The notes: generated from the sequence alone by a model not told the origin. A DNA stretch of 64,000 nucleotides from Macrostomum lignano (GCA_002269645.1 NIVC01000686.1:1-64000), one strand, 5' to 3'; shown: positions 36,282 to 51,304, numbered from the stretch's first letter. Numbers and translations: made by a program.

Positions 36282-38924
36282 CTACGAATTCAGTTTAGTC
36301 TGAGTAGTGAAGGTGGTAACTCGCAATAAACAATTTTTAAGGTATTGAAATGAAAATATAGTTCATGATAAAATAATATTGTTTCTTATTCATACTACCC
36401 ATATGCACTAGGCCTACCTTATAGAAACCAAAGAAGCCTTGATTGGTCTTCATTTGTTAAACTTCAGACTTATTTATCAACTTTTGATTTATCAAAACTT
36501 TTATTTTCTTTTGTATATTTTAATTTGCAAGATGACAAGGCAGCCAAGACAGGTATGTTGCAAAACTGATCAACCAAACAAGGACAAAAACATGAAAAAT
36601 GAAATTAATGATATGCACTGTCTATGAAACGTAGAATTACTCTATTAGGATATATATACATATGACATACTTCATATTGTTGTTGGAAAAGAAAAAAACC
36701 TAATAATAATACACTGTATATTATAGGCATCTTAGACTATTTTTTGTACTATATACATGCCTTTTACAAAAGTTGCAATATTAAATTACTTTTAAATAAT
36801 ACAATTTGAAATCACTTTTATGCAAAATACTAACATCCATTACAAAATACATAACTGTGCATTATAGTTAAAATACAATGTTGGTATTGTGAAATCTAGA
36901 AAAATGTAAAACAATAAATTGAAAATAATAGAGCAATACTTATAGCATTTATATCTATGTAATTTTTAGTATTATTTATTTATTAATATTTTGTTCAACC
37001 ATGTAACTAAAATGGTTTATTGGTACTGTCTGTTGGTAACAATTGTTGGTTGGTATATCAGTATATGAATATTTTATTCATTATAACTTAAAACTATAAA
37101 TCTAAACTACAGAATAATGACTAAATAAAGAAACTTGAGTGTTATAGATAGGGACTCCAATGAGTGTTTTTTTCAAGTTATATTTTTGCATTTTTCTATT
37201 ATATTTAATAAATACTTATATGCCTAACTATAAATACACATTATTTTTGAAAATTGGTTAGTTAATAAGAAAGCTACAAAACTTGTTTCTTAATTTCTTC
37301 AATACTTTTATAATGCATTTTGTCTATTTAACACTACATGATCATTTTTGCCCAAAAACTTGGTTATTGATATTTTTATATATACTCTTACTTAACCAAT
37401 TTCTATGCCTTATTTTTATTTTCCTTTTTCTTTGTTTTTTCTTCTTTTCTCTTTTCTTCTTCTTTTTCTTCAGCTCTACTTATAGCTTTCTTCTGAGTGA
37501 TATGTGGTATGTGGTATGTATGTGGTATGTATTTTTATGGCCAAGGGTATGCAAACAAATGCATGCACTGTTTACAGCAGGAAGCACTTATAAAAGTTGG
37601 ACTCATGGCATAAAAGCTAAAATAAGCCACTAACTTTTAATATTTTAAATTTTTTTAAGTAGTTTAATAACAATTTTTATCTACTTTATTTTTGAGGAAG
37701 GGCACTTATAATTACTTGTTTCTGTTTACTATATTTCTTAGAAAAGTCAATTTTAAATTTGCACTAAAAAAACTTTGTTTAAATGTTGTGAGTTGTGAAA
37801 ATATTCTTGCGATTAATTTTGTTAAAATTTACGCTGAATCTTACTATAAATAGAGGCTCCGAGCGGGCCAGGAAGACCAACTTGTTCAACTTACTTGTTC
37901 GTTTGTGTGCTCTAGCAATAGCTTGATAAGAAAATTGTTCAACGTTACTTATTCATTTCTATAGTAAAAACCCCTACATTGGGAAAGTTCCAGACCGCTA
38001 AAAGCGAGAAATCACCTCAGGGCAGTAATAGTAAATTTGCCTCAGGGCAGGAGAACCGCCTCAGAGCGAGAGAAAATCACCTCAGGGCAGGGAAAATATA
38101 AAGCTGTGACCCTCTAATCCAGGGAACGCCTAGGACTGAGAGATATAAGAGTAGACAGTGCCAATAGACCGCTCAGGCAAAAGGTATAGTACATGTACAA
38201 CCGCTACCATTAGATAAGTAGACGCTACCAATATAATTCGATAAGTAGACGCTACCAATATTAGTAGTACATTTATGCAAAAAGTACATTAAGACAGAAT
38301 TAACAGGCCTGCAACAACTTTGGTGGCAGCGAGTAAAGCTAAACAAAAGAATAATTAAGAGCCCTGGGACATTTTTGCAAAATATAATCAACCATTGGGT
38401 AGCCATTTATATACATATACTATATTTATATTATTCTACTTAATTGCATAGCAGTTATCTACTAGCACAAAAGAGATTTCTACTTTATATATATATATAT
38501 ATTTGCAAGTCACAAGGCTCTCATTGAAGTCAATACTATAATATAAGTTAAGAGATTGTGACAGAGTTGACTTAGTTGTGAAATATCATTGTTTTTATTA
38601 TTAGTAGGCTATTATATATAAATGTATCATATTTTATATAACTTCTCTATACATTCTTGCATTGCCTTTTATATATTGACTAGAGATATTTTTTAACAAA
38701 TTTAGAATTTTGCATAGCACCTATTGTAACTTTTAGCCAATCATAATTTGTTGTACTATCTATTATTTTGATCTATTATTAATAACTTTATTGTTGCTAC
38801 TCAAAAATAATAAACTTAGCCAATTTAGCAAGCTAAATATATCACTTCTTAGACTATTATTTGCATATTCTGTTCTGTTTAGTCTTGTTTTTCCAAGGAC
38901 TGCTATGCTACACTAGATTAATTT

Positions 38925-39545
38925 GTCACAGGTCCATGAGAATTGCTTGCAGACAAATTGCCTACTGTGATTAGCTTGTCAAGATTTGCCCACTAAGCTT
39001 TTCCTATCAAGATTGCCTATAGAGATTTATCCACCAAGAATTGCTTGCCAAGATTTGCCTGCAATGGATTTTGCCCGCAAGTGAATTTCCCACTAGCAAA
39101 TTGCCTAGCTGAGTTTTTTCCCACCAAGGTTTGCCCACAATGCTTTTTTCCTATAGCACATTTGGCAACTAGATTCTGTCTGTAGTGCCCCCCCCCAAAT
39201 ATGCATTTAATATACAGTTATAATCGAAATGTTTGATTGGGTAAATTTTTTTATTTAGACTTACTAAGCATTGGGGAGGCAATACAGACAAAATCTGCTG
39301 CGTAGCCAAATGCACTGTAGGAAAAAAGCATTATAGGCAAACCTTGGCAAACCTTGGAGGCAATTAATTCACTTGTAAGCAAATCTCCATAGGCAATTTG
39401 CTCACAGGCAAATGCACTGTAGGCAATTCTTGGTGGGAAAAGCTATGCAAGCAAATCTTGACAGGCAAATCTCCTGCGGGCAAATCTTGGTGGGCAATCT
39501 GTTTGCGGGCATTTCTTGTGCTCCCATTTGTCATATTTAAATGGA
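38925..39545. mobile_element. Foldback-like element with internally repetitive inverted arms
   Basis: AATGCTTTTTTCCTATAGCACATTTGGC...CTGTAGTGCCCCCCC is mirrored by GGGGAGGCAATACAGAC...GCCAAATGCACTGTAGGAAAAAAGCATT. Both arms are built of TTGCC/GGCAA subrepeats. Confidence 0.7.
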
Positions 39546-42500
39546 AGGTCCCACCTTGACATTCAAATCCTGGATTGATATGTGCTACTACTATACAACT
39601 TTATAATCAGAGGAAGAAGGAGATTGAGGATAAACACAGCAACAATACCCAATTCAATGTGTTTTTCTAGTTGTAATATTGGGAAAATTTAAGTAGTTTC
39701 ATAACTTCAGTCTGACATTGTATTGCTTATAATCTATATCATTGCAGCAAGTTGCAGTGTCCTAAAAGGGCCCTTTTTATTTGACATAATACTTTCTTAT
39801 TACTAGCTTGTAAAACTTACCAAATCATCTCTATTTAGCAACTTAGGTGATCATTTAACATTCAACACTTTTTATATCACATATATCATTTCATTGGTAT
39901 ATATACAATGGTTAGCTCTAACTAAAAGCAATCTAAAAAGGGCCATTTTAGTCTATTTATCTATATACTAAAATTAATATTTTGCAATACATATAAATGC
40001 CTTAAATAACTTACTTGCTTGTTTGCTTGCTTACTAGAAAACTATAAATATTTTAATCCGATATCAAATATATACATATATCCATTATTATTTTGTAAGT
40101 TTCATGTTTGCATTTTAATTATATCTATGCTATCAAATTATTTTCTTTTGTATTTTGCTTTTGTCTCTTTTTTATTTAGATTCTAGTTTCCTTTTTTAAC
40201 AACTCGCCTATGAGCCAGAGTCCATACCATTTTTGCTGCATAGTCCTTAATAGCTAGGCACCCTTGTCATTGTTTAGAATTTATTGCCAACTTTGTTCTG
40301 CTATTTTTTTTCTCAATACTGTGCACAAGCTATATAGCATCTGTGACCTGTTGGGATCACATCTATGTAGTCTGTTGGGACTAGATAAGCAATGAACTAT
40401 ATTTTATCTAGCACATTTGATGTATTGTCTACTGCATTTTGTAATGTGATACTATTTGAACACTTATCTTGCCCTCTACGTTTTTTCTGGCATGCTTATT
40501 AAAATTCTACTTAGCACATTACATAATCAGTACCTATATTTTATAAATATTATTTTAGAAGGAAGCAAATACGATGGGGTTGGCTTAGTTGTAAAATGTT
40601 TTGTTTTTAATATTAGTAGACCAAGGCAAGGCCACTAGATATAACTTTGATATATATTCTTATATTGGTTTTTATATATTGGCAAGAGATTAATTTTTAA
40701 TAAATCAATAATTTTGCTTAGAGTACATTGTAACTTTTAGCTAATCATAAATTTGCTAGGCCCTAGCTATATCATGTTATTTTGGCAATCCTTTGGTTTA
40801 TGATCATTGTCTATTTTGCCAGTTTTGGTTTATAATCATACATGCGCAACTGCTGGCCAACCTGGCTGATCTGGCCACCGTAAATTTTGGTGGACCAGGG
40901 GTAAGTCGCAAAATTGCCCACCCCAAAGAATACAGACATAGTACTAATTAGATGATGAGGCATTTAGCCCTTAAAAGACAGTCATAGTTACTCCTGCCAT
41001 TTACCCAATATTGCATTAATGTTGCTCTAGGGTTTCTTTCATAGGTAAGTTGCACTTTTGGTCAAAAAGTTAGTTGCATGGCCAGTGTAAATCAGGGGGT
41101 TGCGTATGTATGTTTATGATCACCTTCTATTTTTCTAGCTTGGGTTTACAATCACCTTATATTTTGCTTACTATAGTGCAAAAATATCATGTTCAAAACT
41201 AAGATATAAAAACATTCATTTGAAATAGTAGTTTCAAATAAAAAGCAAGCAAAAGTTGGCTAATCAACTAACTTTGTTTATTTGAAATTGAAAGGATTGT
41301 ACATTGGTTCACTAGTAGCTTATATATATCACCTTTGGTTTAAGATCATCTAAACATATATTTTCCTATTAAAATGATGATTGTGAACCAAAGCTGGCTA
41401 TAGAAAAGCGTGTCAAAGGGGTAATGGTCATTTTGTCAATTGGCGTTGACCAACTTTGACCAAAGTGTTAGGGAAACTTTATTGGCGGTTGAGAAAGTGA
41501 CCAATGCCTAGGTCTTTCCTATTTGCTTGTTGATGAAGTGACTAAAATTTTCATTATATGAATGATATACATATGTAGCTGATATAGCTGCATATCTTGT
41601 ATAGCTTACAATTATTGTTATATCGATGACTTGTTTTATTAATTGCCTTATTTTTAAAAAATGAACAAATTTTGCAATTTTGCAATACCAGACTGCATGT
41701 CTATTAGGTTAAATGTTTAGATGCAAATATTCTATGCAAATGCGTTACCCCATGCATACTCATACCCATATGCATCCAGGCATTAATGAATCTTGAGTAT
41801 TTGTGTGTTATGCAACCATACATGCGACTACATAACATCGGTATTTCTCCTATCAAAATGCGTTGAGGACTGTTAAAAAGTCCCTTATATATGGAATCAT
41901 GAAAATTGGTGGACTGCGTACGCCTTCCCACCCCTCCAACCTGCTATGCATAGTCAACCAAAGCCCTTGCAGTGAATCTTGATATCTGGTAATGCTCTTG
42001 ATTGGAGTAAATAATTATGCACGATTCATACGCACTCATCGATTGATCATGCTGTACATGTATAAGGTATTTCATTCCTGTCATGCTTGACACTAAAATG
42101 TACATGTATACTGGCTTGAGCTACAGTACATTTACATGTAGTCTGGGGGAGTCCTGTAGTCCGCGAGGCCAGGTTAATGTACAGCTAACCGCTTGAGGGC
42201 AGCATTGTTGCAGGCAAGGCAGTGATCAAGCCTGCTGTACAGTGTCAAGACCTAGACGCTGATGAATTTCAGTTTTACTTTTTTGCGGCTGCGGGAGGTA
42301 GTTTATTAGCAGTTGACAAAGTGACCAATGTTGGAACACTTCCTGTTGGCCAATTGATGAAGTGACCGAGGTTTGAGATTGCTTCATTGGCTAGTTGACG
42401 AAATGACCACTGATAAAACCAAGTTGATGAAATGGCCAATTGACAAAATGCCAGTTGATGAAATGACTAGGACCCTGTCAAAGAGTCCTATTCAAAGAGC

Positions 42501-44656
42501 AACTTAGAGCTATGTAGCTTAAAATATTTATATCACTTTCAGTTTACGATCATCCAACTATACATTTTCTATTAAAATGTCAACCCTCAGTACACTTTCT
42601 TATATCTAGCTTTGGATCACAATTGATCATTTTAATGGGCAACATACATTTGGGTGATCATAAATTGAATGTGAAATATATAGGCTACCATAGCTCAAAC
42701 TTGCAACTTGACAATAGAAATTAGTTGACAGGCTTTTCTACTGCCAGCTTAGGTGATCATACACCAAAGATGAAAAATAAGGTGTTACAACAATCTTACT
42801 ATCTTTTGAAATAGGCCTAAACAAAGTCAATTTGCCAACATTTTATTTTGTTTCATTGGAAACTATAGATTTTGTCTTACAACTATTTTTGTGGTGATTG
42901 TCAATGTTTAAGGTGATTGTCACTATCTGGGATAATTGTAAACCAAAGGAATGCCATTTTGATCTATTATTCATAAATTGTTCTTTGTTGCTACTCAAAA
43001 ATAAACTTGGCCAATTTAGCAAGCTAAATATATTGCTTCTTAGAGATATGGACAACTATTTACATATTCTAATCTATTCTATTTAATCTTGTTCTGCTAA
43101 AGACTAGGCCTATTGTGTTGTGCTAAATTAATTTATGATACAAGACTTTTAAATATAATATTTATAATATAAGAAAAATAAATTACTCACCTTTGAAAGC
43201 AACTAGGCTTTTTTCTATTGATTTTTTCCATCAAGCTTAAGCTAGTTATAATGAAAATTAAGCACCTTAGCTTAATTAGACAAGAAAGTTAATAATTGTA
43301 GACTTGTAGACAACACTAGGCCCCCTCTACTATGTTTTTTAGCTTAATTAGTTAGGCCTACTAATAATTTTTAAGCTAAAAACTAACTAGCTTAATATTA
43401 GGCCCCTAAATGCAAATTCAAAATAGAAATTCTATGCTTCTTTCAATTAAAAGCCTAGCCCTATACTTTAAGTAGGCCAGCTGCCCAACTTAGTCAAGCT
43501 AAAAAATATTTTAAATTAAATCATTGGCCTAGGCCTAACCACCTATCCTAGACCCAGTCCTAGGTACTGTAAGTGTAAAAGAACTACAGTTCTGCTTAAA
43601 CACTACCATTTACACAAAAAATAAGCCAACCTAAAATACTACATTAAAAGTTTTTAAACATATCACAATATTATGCTTTATGCCTTATGGTTATGACTTA
43701 TGGCTTAGCTCAGGCCAGGCTTAGGATCAAGCCAAACATACTGTCTAAGACTAATGTAATGTTAATCTTATATGTTACTCTTATGTGATAGTTTACACTA
43801 TTTTGCTAAAGTTTATAACAGCTTTGACTTAATTAATTCAAACTGTGTGTAGTGTAGTGTAGTAGTATAAGTATTGAGCGTGCATGACGCGTGTAAACGA
43901 AAATTAGAAAGTAAAGTTGTTTCAAATTTGAGTATGTATAACAAAATAGTATTATTTTAGTATTATTTTCTCAGGATACAATTTACTTCTATTTTTATAT
44001 ACATTAAATTTGAACAAATAAGTTTGATTATGCTTTCCAAAAGATATCCTTTACAGACTACAAATGATATTTTAAAAGTACGAAAACATGTCTTTTCGAA
44101 CGTCAGCCCAAAGCTGGCAACTAGCATCAGTACTAGCACTGTAACTAATAAGTCTTTTCATAGGCCCTATTACTGATTCCAGAACCAGAAACGGTTCGTA
44201 TCTTCCAAGAAAAAAAGCAGTAGGCCTATAGCTATTTAACTTTGTTGAATGTTTCACTGCTTAACACTAACAGCCTCACTTAGCTCAATTTCTCACAGGG
44301 TCACAGTCTTCTTGATGTTGGCGTTGACTATTGCCATTCAATTATTAATTTCAACTTTACTTTATGCATACAGCACATAAATCTATCCATTTTATGTGAC
44401 AGAAAGTAATACTTTACTGTTGGATCTGGTTCTAGGACCAGAACAAGCAATATATGAAAAAGCCCTTAGTAGTGTAGGCTTTAATAGGTTAATTTTTTTG
44501 CAGTTGTTATTTGTCTGGTGACTAGATGAATAGCCTTTTTTCTATTCGTCTGGTTAAATTGCCAATACAAGTGTCTATTTGTCTAGTGATATAGATTTTA
44601 AAGATCTTTTTTCATATCCTGATTTGATTAATATTTTGTTATATGTAGTGTAGGCC

Positions 44657-45199
44657 CCACAGTTCGGATCGTGTAGTAGTGCACGCCGACACAAGAATCC
44701 TATCTCAGCTAAATGTACGCCAGTATATGCCAAAAACAAAAAAAATCCCTAAAATGTACGCCAAAAATTCCTCCTAAAAAAGGTCATTCGGTTTTCAGGA
44801 GTAGAGTTTTCTAAAAAAGGTTGTTTGTACAAAAATTCTTTCAAATATTACAAATATTTTCATTTTAAACAAACTTAAATTAAACCTATAGAAAAAAATG
44901 CAAAATTTAAATTCTTAGCAATAATTTACACAAATTTTATTCGTTATTAATTGTAAAAAAGCAAAAAGTTTAAAACTGACTTTCTAGACTATATAAATTT
45001 TCCTTCATTTTACGTAAAAACTAAAAAGGGTTAATTTACATTACCATTTTTTATACACGCATCCATTTATTCACCAAAATTGGTATGCCAAAAATTTCTT
45101 GAGCTCAAAGTAGTACACCAAAGTGGTACGCCAAAATAGCCAAACTTCTCAATGGTACGCCGGAAAATTCCGGCTTACATGTAACCTTCCTGAGTATGG
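44657..45199. mobile_element. Non-autonomous DNA transposon with 8-bp TSD (older copy)
   Basis: Flanked by perfect TGTAGGCC duplications (44649-56 and 45200-07). Left end CCACAGTTCGGATCG, right end ...GAGTATGG. Internal TACGCCA subrepeats. Confidence 0.7.
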
Positions 45200-45393
45200 T
45201 GTAGGCCCTAACTTCTAAGCAAAGCAGATATGTATATGCGATTTGGCATAATTTGGTGTAATGACATACACTAGTATAAATCCACGTCAAAATGGCCACA
45301 CGCAAAATGGCCTCATAACAAAATGGCCATATGTCAAAATGGCTACATAGGCCTATAACAAATTTGGATGGCCATACCATCAAAACAGCCATT

Positions 45394-45987
45394 CCATAGT
45401 GCGGATCATGCTGGACTTACGCTGGAGGAAAAATCCAACATTTTTTGGCACTTACGCCAGACTTACGCCAACCAAAAAAGGTCCCTCTGACTTATGCCAC
45501 CCAAAAAAGGTCCCTCACAATTCTTGTGAATAGAATAAAATAGAATAGAATAGATGATTTACAATTAATTGGTGATTAATTAAATTCAGAAGTTGCAACT
45601 GTTTAAAAATCTCATAAGTTGCAAATTCTGAATCAAGAATCAAAGCAAACATCTTGAAGCTAAAAAAAACTTTTTCTATCCTACAATAGATATTCTGCTA
45701 TCTCATTTATACGAACTGCAATATTTTAATGAACTTTGTTTTAATGCTGCTCTTTAACATCATAATTAACGCAAAGGTGTAATGTTCTATAGTGATACAT
45801 TTGATCGTGAATGATCTCATTTGTGCCAACATTTATGCCACTTGATTTATACCATGTACTTATGCCAAGCACTTACGCCAAGGCACATTTTGGCCTATAC
45901 TTACGCCAAGCACTTACGCCAGCCTCCGATCCCAAACTAGATTTACGCCGGAGATCTCCGACATAAACGGCATGATCCGGACTATGG
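45394..45987. mobile_element. Non-autonomous DNA transposon (hAT/P-like) with 18-bp TIR and 8-bp TSD
   Basis: TIR CCATAGT(G/C)CGGATCATGC with 1 mismatch; TSD CAGCCATT at 45386-93 and 45988-95; TTA(C/T)GCCA subterminal repeats. Confidence 0.85.
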
Positions 45988-47218
45988 CAGCCATTTAGGA
46001 TGTGATCTTCACCCTGCCTCACCCTGCTCTTTTGTCACCTGTCCACTCACAAAAGTCCCAAGCAGTGGCAGCTGCTCAAGCAAGAGGTTGCAAACATTTA
46101 AAATTAGGACATCAACCTAATTTTACTGATTTTACTTATTTTAATTTTACTTTATAATGCACATTTGTTTAAATACATGTATATTTGTTCATATACTTAT
46201 TCAAAATTGTCCTATGTGTTTTTTTATCAAGTTAAATTTTGAATCCAATCTGCAATTTCTTACAAAGTCTATAAACATTGGACTGTAAGCAAGTACCTAA
46301 TAACTCAAATAACTTGACACATTAATGTAAAGACTTAATTAAATAACTTTAGAAACATATTTGCACATTGTATGACAAAATAAACTAACATTAAACTAAC
46401 TCAACTAACTCAACTCATCTAAACTAAACTAATGCATATGCAACTTATAAAAATTTGTTATATATGGTCATTTTAATGTGTGGCCATTCCGTTGTGAGTC
46501 CGTTTTGTGTGTGGCCATTTTGACATGCACCCCTAGTATAACAACAATAAAGATACAAGTGAGAAGTCTTTGAAGTCTAGGAATATTCACTCTTGTAGTT
46601 TCTGTAAAATAGATATTTTGGCATTATTAATTTTACTAGATAAAAAACAAAATGCCTATTTGTCTAGTATTAACCAGAAAAATAGGGAAACATGAGTATT
46701 ACCTAGTAACTAGACAAATAACCATATTGCTATTCATCTGGTCATTGGACAAATAACAATTGCCTAATTTTTTTATAACTTATCAATTGTGATTTTATTG
46801 TAAATAATTGTCTTAGGATTATTTCTCATTTAAATAAATTGATTGGTATTCTTTATTTTTAAAAAGCAAAGCAATATTGATAAAGCATTTTAGGCCTATC
46901 TAAGTTAGGCCTAATAGGTAGGCAAGCCGCAAGTGTAGCTTGTTAAAGTAATGACAATGTCAATGAAATAAAAAAGATTAATGAACATTGAACAACAAAA
47001 TATTTCTCACTAGATAAAACACTAGGCTTAAAATCTTAAATGAATTTGGTTTGTTTAAAGTTTAGTAGATCAAACATTTTTTATTTAAAATTTTAAAATT
47101 TTATTTAAAATTAATAATTTATTTTACATTTTAATAATAATAATATAATAATAATACAATAATATACTAATATACTAATAGACAATAATATTATATATTA
47201 TATATATAATATATAATA

Positions 47219-50139
47219 TACAAGCTGTTGAAACCCGCGGATTTTGAACCCGGAGAACTCCATTCCCCGGAATTTTTTTTGCATGTATTCTAAAATCTGA
47301 GGTCAAACTCAAACAAAAACTTGTCAATAGTTAGGATTAGAGTTAAACATAAAATAGTGTACATTCATGTAAAATTAGGATTTGAGGCAAACATTGCTAT
47401 TGTTGGCTGGGGTGCTACGCAGAATGTCAGGCAAACTCTGGCCTCTACCTCTGCCTCTCCCTATGTCTTTTGCATCCTTTGAAACTTCCATCTTCTTTTC
47501 TGTTTCCTATCTTCTCTCTTGTCTCTTCTCTCTCTCTCCTCTTATCTCTTCTTTCTTCTCTCCTCTGTCCTCTCTCCTCTCTCGTCTCTTCTCTCATCTC
47601 TTCCCTCTCCCCTCTATTCTTTTCTCTCTCTCCTCTCCTCTTTTCTCTCTGGTCTCTGGTCTCTCATATCTCCTTTCTCCTCTTTTATCTCTTCTCGTTT
47701 CCCTCTGCTCTCTGCTCTCTCTTCCCTCACCTCGCTTCTCACTCCTTACTATACCCTCTCTTAACACTTTCCTCATCTCTACTCTCTCCTTTTTCCTCTC
47801 TTCTCTCAACTCTTTCCTCTCATGTCTTCTATTGTCTCTTCCCTCACCTCCCTTCTCTCTCGTCTTTGCTATCTTATCTCTCATTTCTCTTCTTTTATCT
47901 TCTCTCTCCTCTCCCCCTCTCTCTCCTCTCATCTCTCTGCTATCTCCTGTCCTATCTCTCTTCTCTCTAATCTCTCCCCTCTTTCCTCTCCTCACTCGTC
48001 CTTTTCACCAATTTCCCTTGTCCTCTCGATTCTCTCCCTTCCCCTCCTCTCTCCTCACTCACTTCTCATCTCTCCCTTGTCTGCACCTCTCATCTCTTAT
48101 TTCTTATCTCTCCTCTTTTCTCTCTACTCTCCCATCTCTCGTCTGTTCTGATCTCTTATCTCCCCTCTCTGATCTGTCATCTTTACTCTCTATGTTCTCT
48201 CACCTCTCTCCACTTGTACTCCTCTCTTTCCTTCCTCTTTTTTGACTCAGGAGGACTCAATCCTTTCTTCTTTCTTCTTGTCTCTTCACTTCTCTCTTCT
48301 ATACTCTCTCCCTCTCTTGTCTTCTCTCTTCTTTCTCACTCTCTCTCCTCTCTTATATCGTCTGTTCACTCTCATCTTCGCTCTCTCATTCCCCTCTCTT
48401 CTGTCATCTCTACTCTCTCTACTGTGTACTTTTCTCTTTCCCCTCTTCTGACACCCCTCTTTCCTTACTCCTCTCTTCTCTTCCCTCTTCTATACTCTCT
48501 CCCCTCTTCTCTTCTCTTGTCTCTCTGCACTCTGCTCTCTCTTCCTTCATCTCTCATCTCTACTCTCTCGATCATCTTTTTTTCATCTCTCTCATCTCCA
48601 CGATCTCATCTCTTTCCTCTCTCCTCCTCTTCCCTTTACTCTATCATCTCTCCTTTCTCTCTTCTTTATCAACTCTCTCTCTCTCTTATCTCTTATATCT
48701 TATCTCATCTTCTCACTCTTCCCTCTCTCATCTCTTATCTCCTCTTCTCACTCCTCTCTCTCCCCTCTATCCCCCTCTTATCTCCTCTCTTCTCTATCCT
48801 TTCTAATCTCTCCTCTCGATCCTCTCTCATCTGCCTCTCTGTTCTCTCATCTCTCATCTCTTCTCACTCTTCTCTACTTTCCTCTCTCTCATTGATCCTC
48901 TGTCTCATCTCTCCCCTCTTCTCTCTCCATCTTCTCACCTCTACTATTCCATCTCCCTTCTCTCTTCCCTCTTCTCGCTTCTTCCTCCCGACTCCCATAT
49001 TCTCTGCTCTGCCCTCAACCCCCTTGTCTCTCCTGATATCTTCTATCTATTCTCTTCTCCCCTCTCGCCCCTCCTCCATTTCTAATAGTTTATTCTTTTT
49101 CCTTTTCACTCTCATCTGGCCCGCAGCCATAAGCTTGATTCTTTATCTGGCCTTTGAGATAAAAATCTGCCAATCCTTGCTTCGAAAGCCAGTTTGTGGG
49201 ATGTAGTACTATCATGTTTGTTATAATTTCTCGTGCTCTTTCTGGCCAATTAGTAGTCCTGAGAGGAATTTGTGTATCTCCATTCTCTAGCTCCACCACC
49301 AAAGTCTGCAGCAGTCTAACAACCAAGGAAATACACATTTCTTAGGAGGTTATTTAAATTTTCAAGTACCTTATTCGTATCTTAATGTTAAAATTTTCAT
49401 GGTGTAAGCAATTTAGTAGGATTGCATTGAAATCAGTTATTCATTAATTTTTCGCTATTTTTACAAACCATCCCACATTGCCTTGATTTGCCATCCTTGT
49501 TTAACTCCTGCAGACTTGTCTTATACAGAAGTGAGGACAGTGGTTGAATCTTTATGACACAATCTCAAACAGAATTGAGACTTTATATTTGGACAGAGAA
49601 TAAGTCAATGAAGAATTGTGTCAAGTTTCAAGTCAATCGCTTTACGTGAAGCAAACTTATGGCAGCCCAAAGTTAGTAATTTAAAAACTTTGTTTAAAAA
49701 ACTTTGAGGCACCCTTTGTCCAGATCGGGAAAGAGAGGCAGGCGGGCGGAGGTTGGGTTGGCTGCCTCACTGAAAAAAACAGCCTAACTTTAAAAGTGCA
49801 CAGCGGCTTTTAGGATTAACTTTTAGATTTGAAATTTTACACGATTGTGTCAAAATAGTTGAAGATTGTGTGTGTCAAATTTGAAGAGAATTGGTAGAAG
49901 TGGAGCGGCGCTATGGAGGATTAAGTGAAAAAATCGCGCATTTTGAGCAGTTTTTTGTACTTTTAGGTAGGAAGACTTGAGTCTAGGAAATTAAAAGTTA
50001 GCCTAAGACATTCTCCGTAGTAAGTTTAGGGTGGGTGCAAAGTGTCATTTGGTTGAGTGGTTTGCGAGTCCATAGCAATCAAAATTGTCCACACACAGAC
50101 AGACAGACAAACAGAGTTTTGATTTTTATATGTATAGAT
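47219..50139 (+). mobile_element. Possible Helitron/Helentron-derived non-autonomous element carrying a CT-rich tract
   Basis: Start TACAAGCTGTTGAAACCCGCGG and end (CAGA)n...TTTTATATGTATAGAT resemble, from recall, the termini of HINE/DINE-1-like elements. Boundaries are uncertain. Confidence 0.4.
47400..49100. repeat. Degenerate CT-rich polypyrimidine low-complexity tract
   Basis: About 1.7 kb of TCTC/CCTC-rich sequence nearly devoid of G on the + strand. Confidence 0.9.
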
Positions 50140-50181
50140 ATGCATATATTAAGTTTGCTGTATATTGGGCATTTCATAATA

Positions 50182-50445
50182 GGGTCCTATCATGTTTTTG
50201 AACTTTAAGCACTTGTAACTTTTGAACTATAATAGATAGAACAAAGCTGCAAAATATAATCTGCTTATAAATTTCAAACCAACTAACCACAGCAGAGCAT
50301 AAACTATGCTAATGATCATTTTTTATCATCAAATGGGAAAAATATAGAATTAGAAGTTTGACACATATTGCTTATTGTAGCTTTGTTCTATCTATTATGA
50401 TTCAAAAGTTATAAGTGCTTAAAGTTCAAAAACATAATTGGACCC
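50182..50445. mobile_element. MITE with ~70-bp TIRs and TA TSD
   Basis: GGGTCCTATCATGTTTTTGAACTTTAAGCACTT... is mirrored by ...AAGTGCTTAAAGTTCAAAAACATAATTGGACCC. TA on both flanks. Confidence 0.8.
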
Positions 50446-51304
50446 TATTGCACTATCTATGCATATTGCACTGAGATATTGACCTAAAAATGGCTTTTAT
50501 GCACCCAAATTTTCTAGCCAAAAGGACATTATTCTGTGGTAATGTGATAATTCTTAATTTTTTATATTTAAACTTGTATATATTTATAGTTGATAAAGCT
50601 AAACCTATTAGTAATTTAAGACTAAATCTAGTCTTTTTATTAGAGTTGCTAGATATGTATAAATTAAATAGCTAAATAGAATTTAAAATAAAATGACTAA
50701 CCAATTGGATTTTGCTTTTTTTAAAGTAGGCCTCTCTTATGCCTATTTTGTTCCACTTGTGCACCACATGTTCATTTGAGTGCCTCTGTAGGGTCAAAAG
50801 GTGAATTTAAGGCATGGAATAGGCAGTAGGGACACAGGTATCATAGGAGAGTTGGATGCATTAAAGGTGCACAGTGTGCATTGGAGGCACAAAAGGTGAA
50901 CAAAGTAGGTAATGGGGGTATTGGTGGAGTGAAAGGTAAACAAATGTTGTGCTGCAATGGAGGTACATAAAAGGCATAAAGTGTACATTAGAGGCACAAT
51001 GGGCACTTTAGGCATAGAAGCAATATATGGGGTGTTCTAGCTTGCAAAAGTTCTTTGCTACTTTTCCTCACTATTCTTTGGAAAGATTTGAAACTTTTCC
51101 TCACTAATGCAAAACTTTTTATCACTTTTTGTAACTTTTCCTCAGTATTTCAAAGTCATTGGAACTTGAAACTGTTTACTTTCATGGTTTGCCAGAATTA
51201 GGAAAGGGATAGCAGCAATTAGTATAGGTGTAAATAAAGCTTTTTCTATGTTCAATCTATGCCTGCAATACACAAGTATGTAACTCGTTAATTTTTATTA
51301 CTAA

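Noticed and set aside
37820-38200. Possible solo LTR (TATA-like site, CCTCAGGGCAG repeats)
   Set aside because: No convincing TG...CA ends with TSD and no second copy in the window.
47382-49206. Leu/Ser-rich ORFs of 130-330 aa
   Set aside because: Translations of the CT low-complexity tract.
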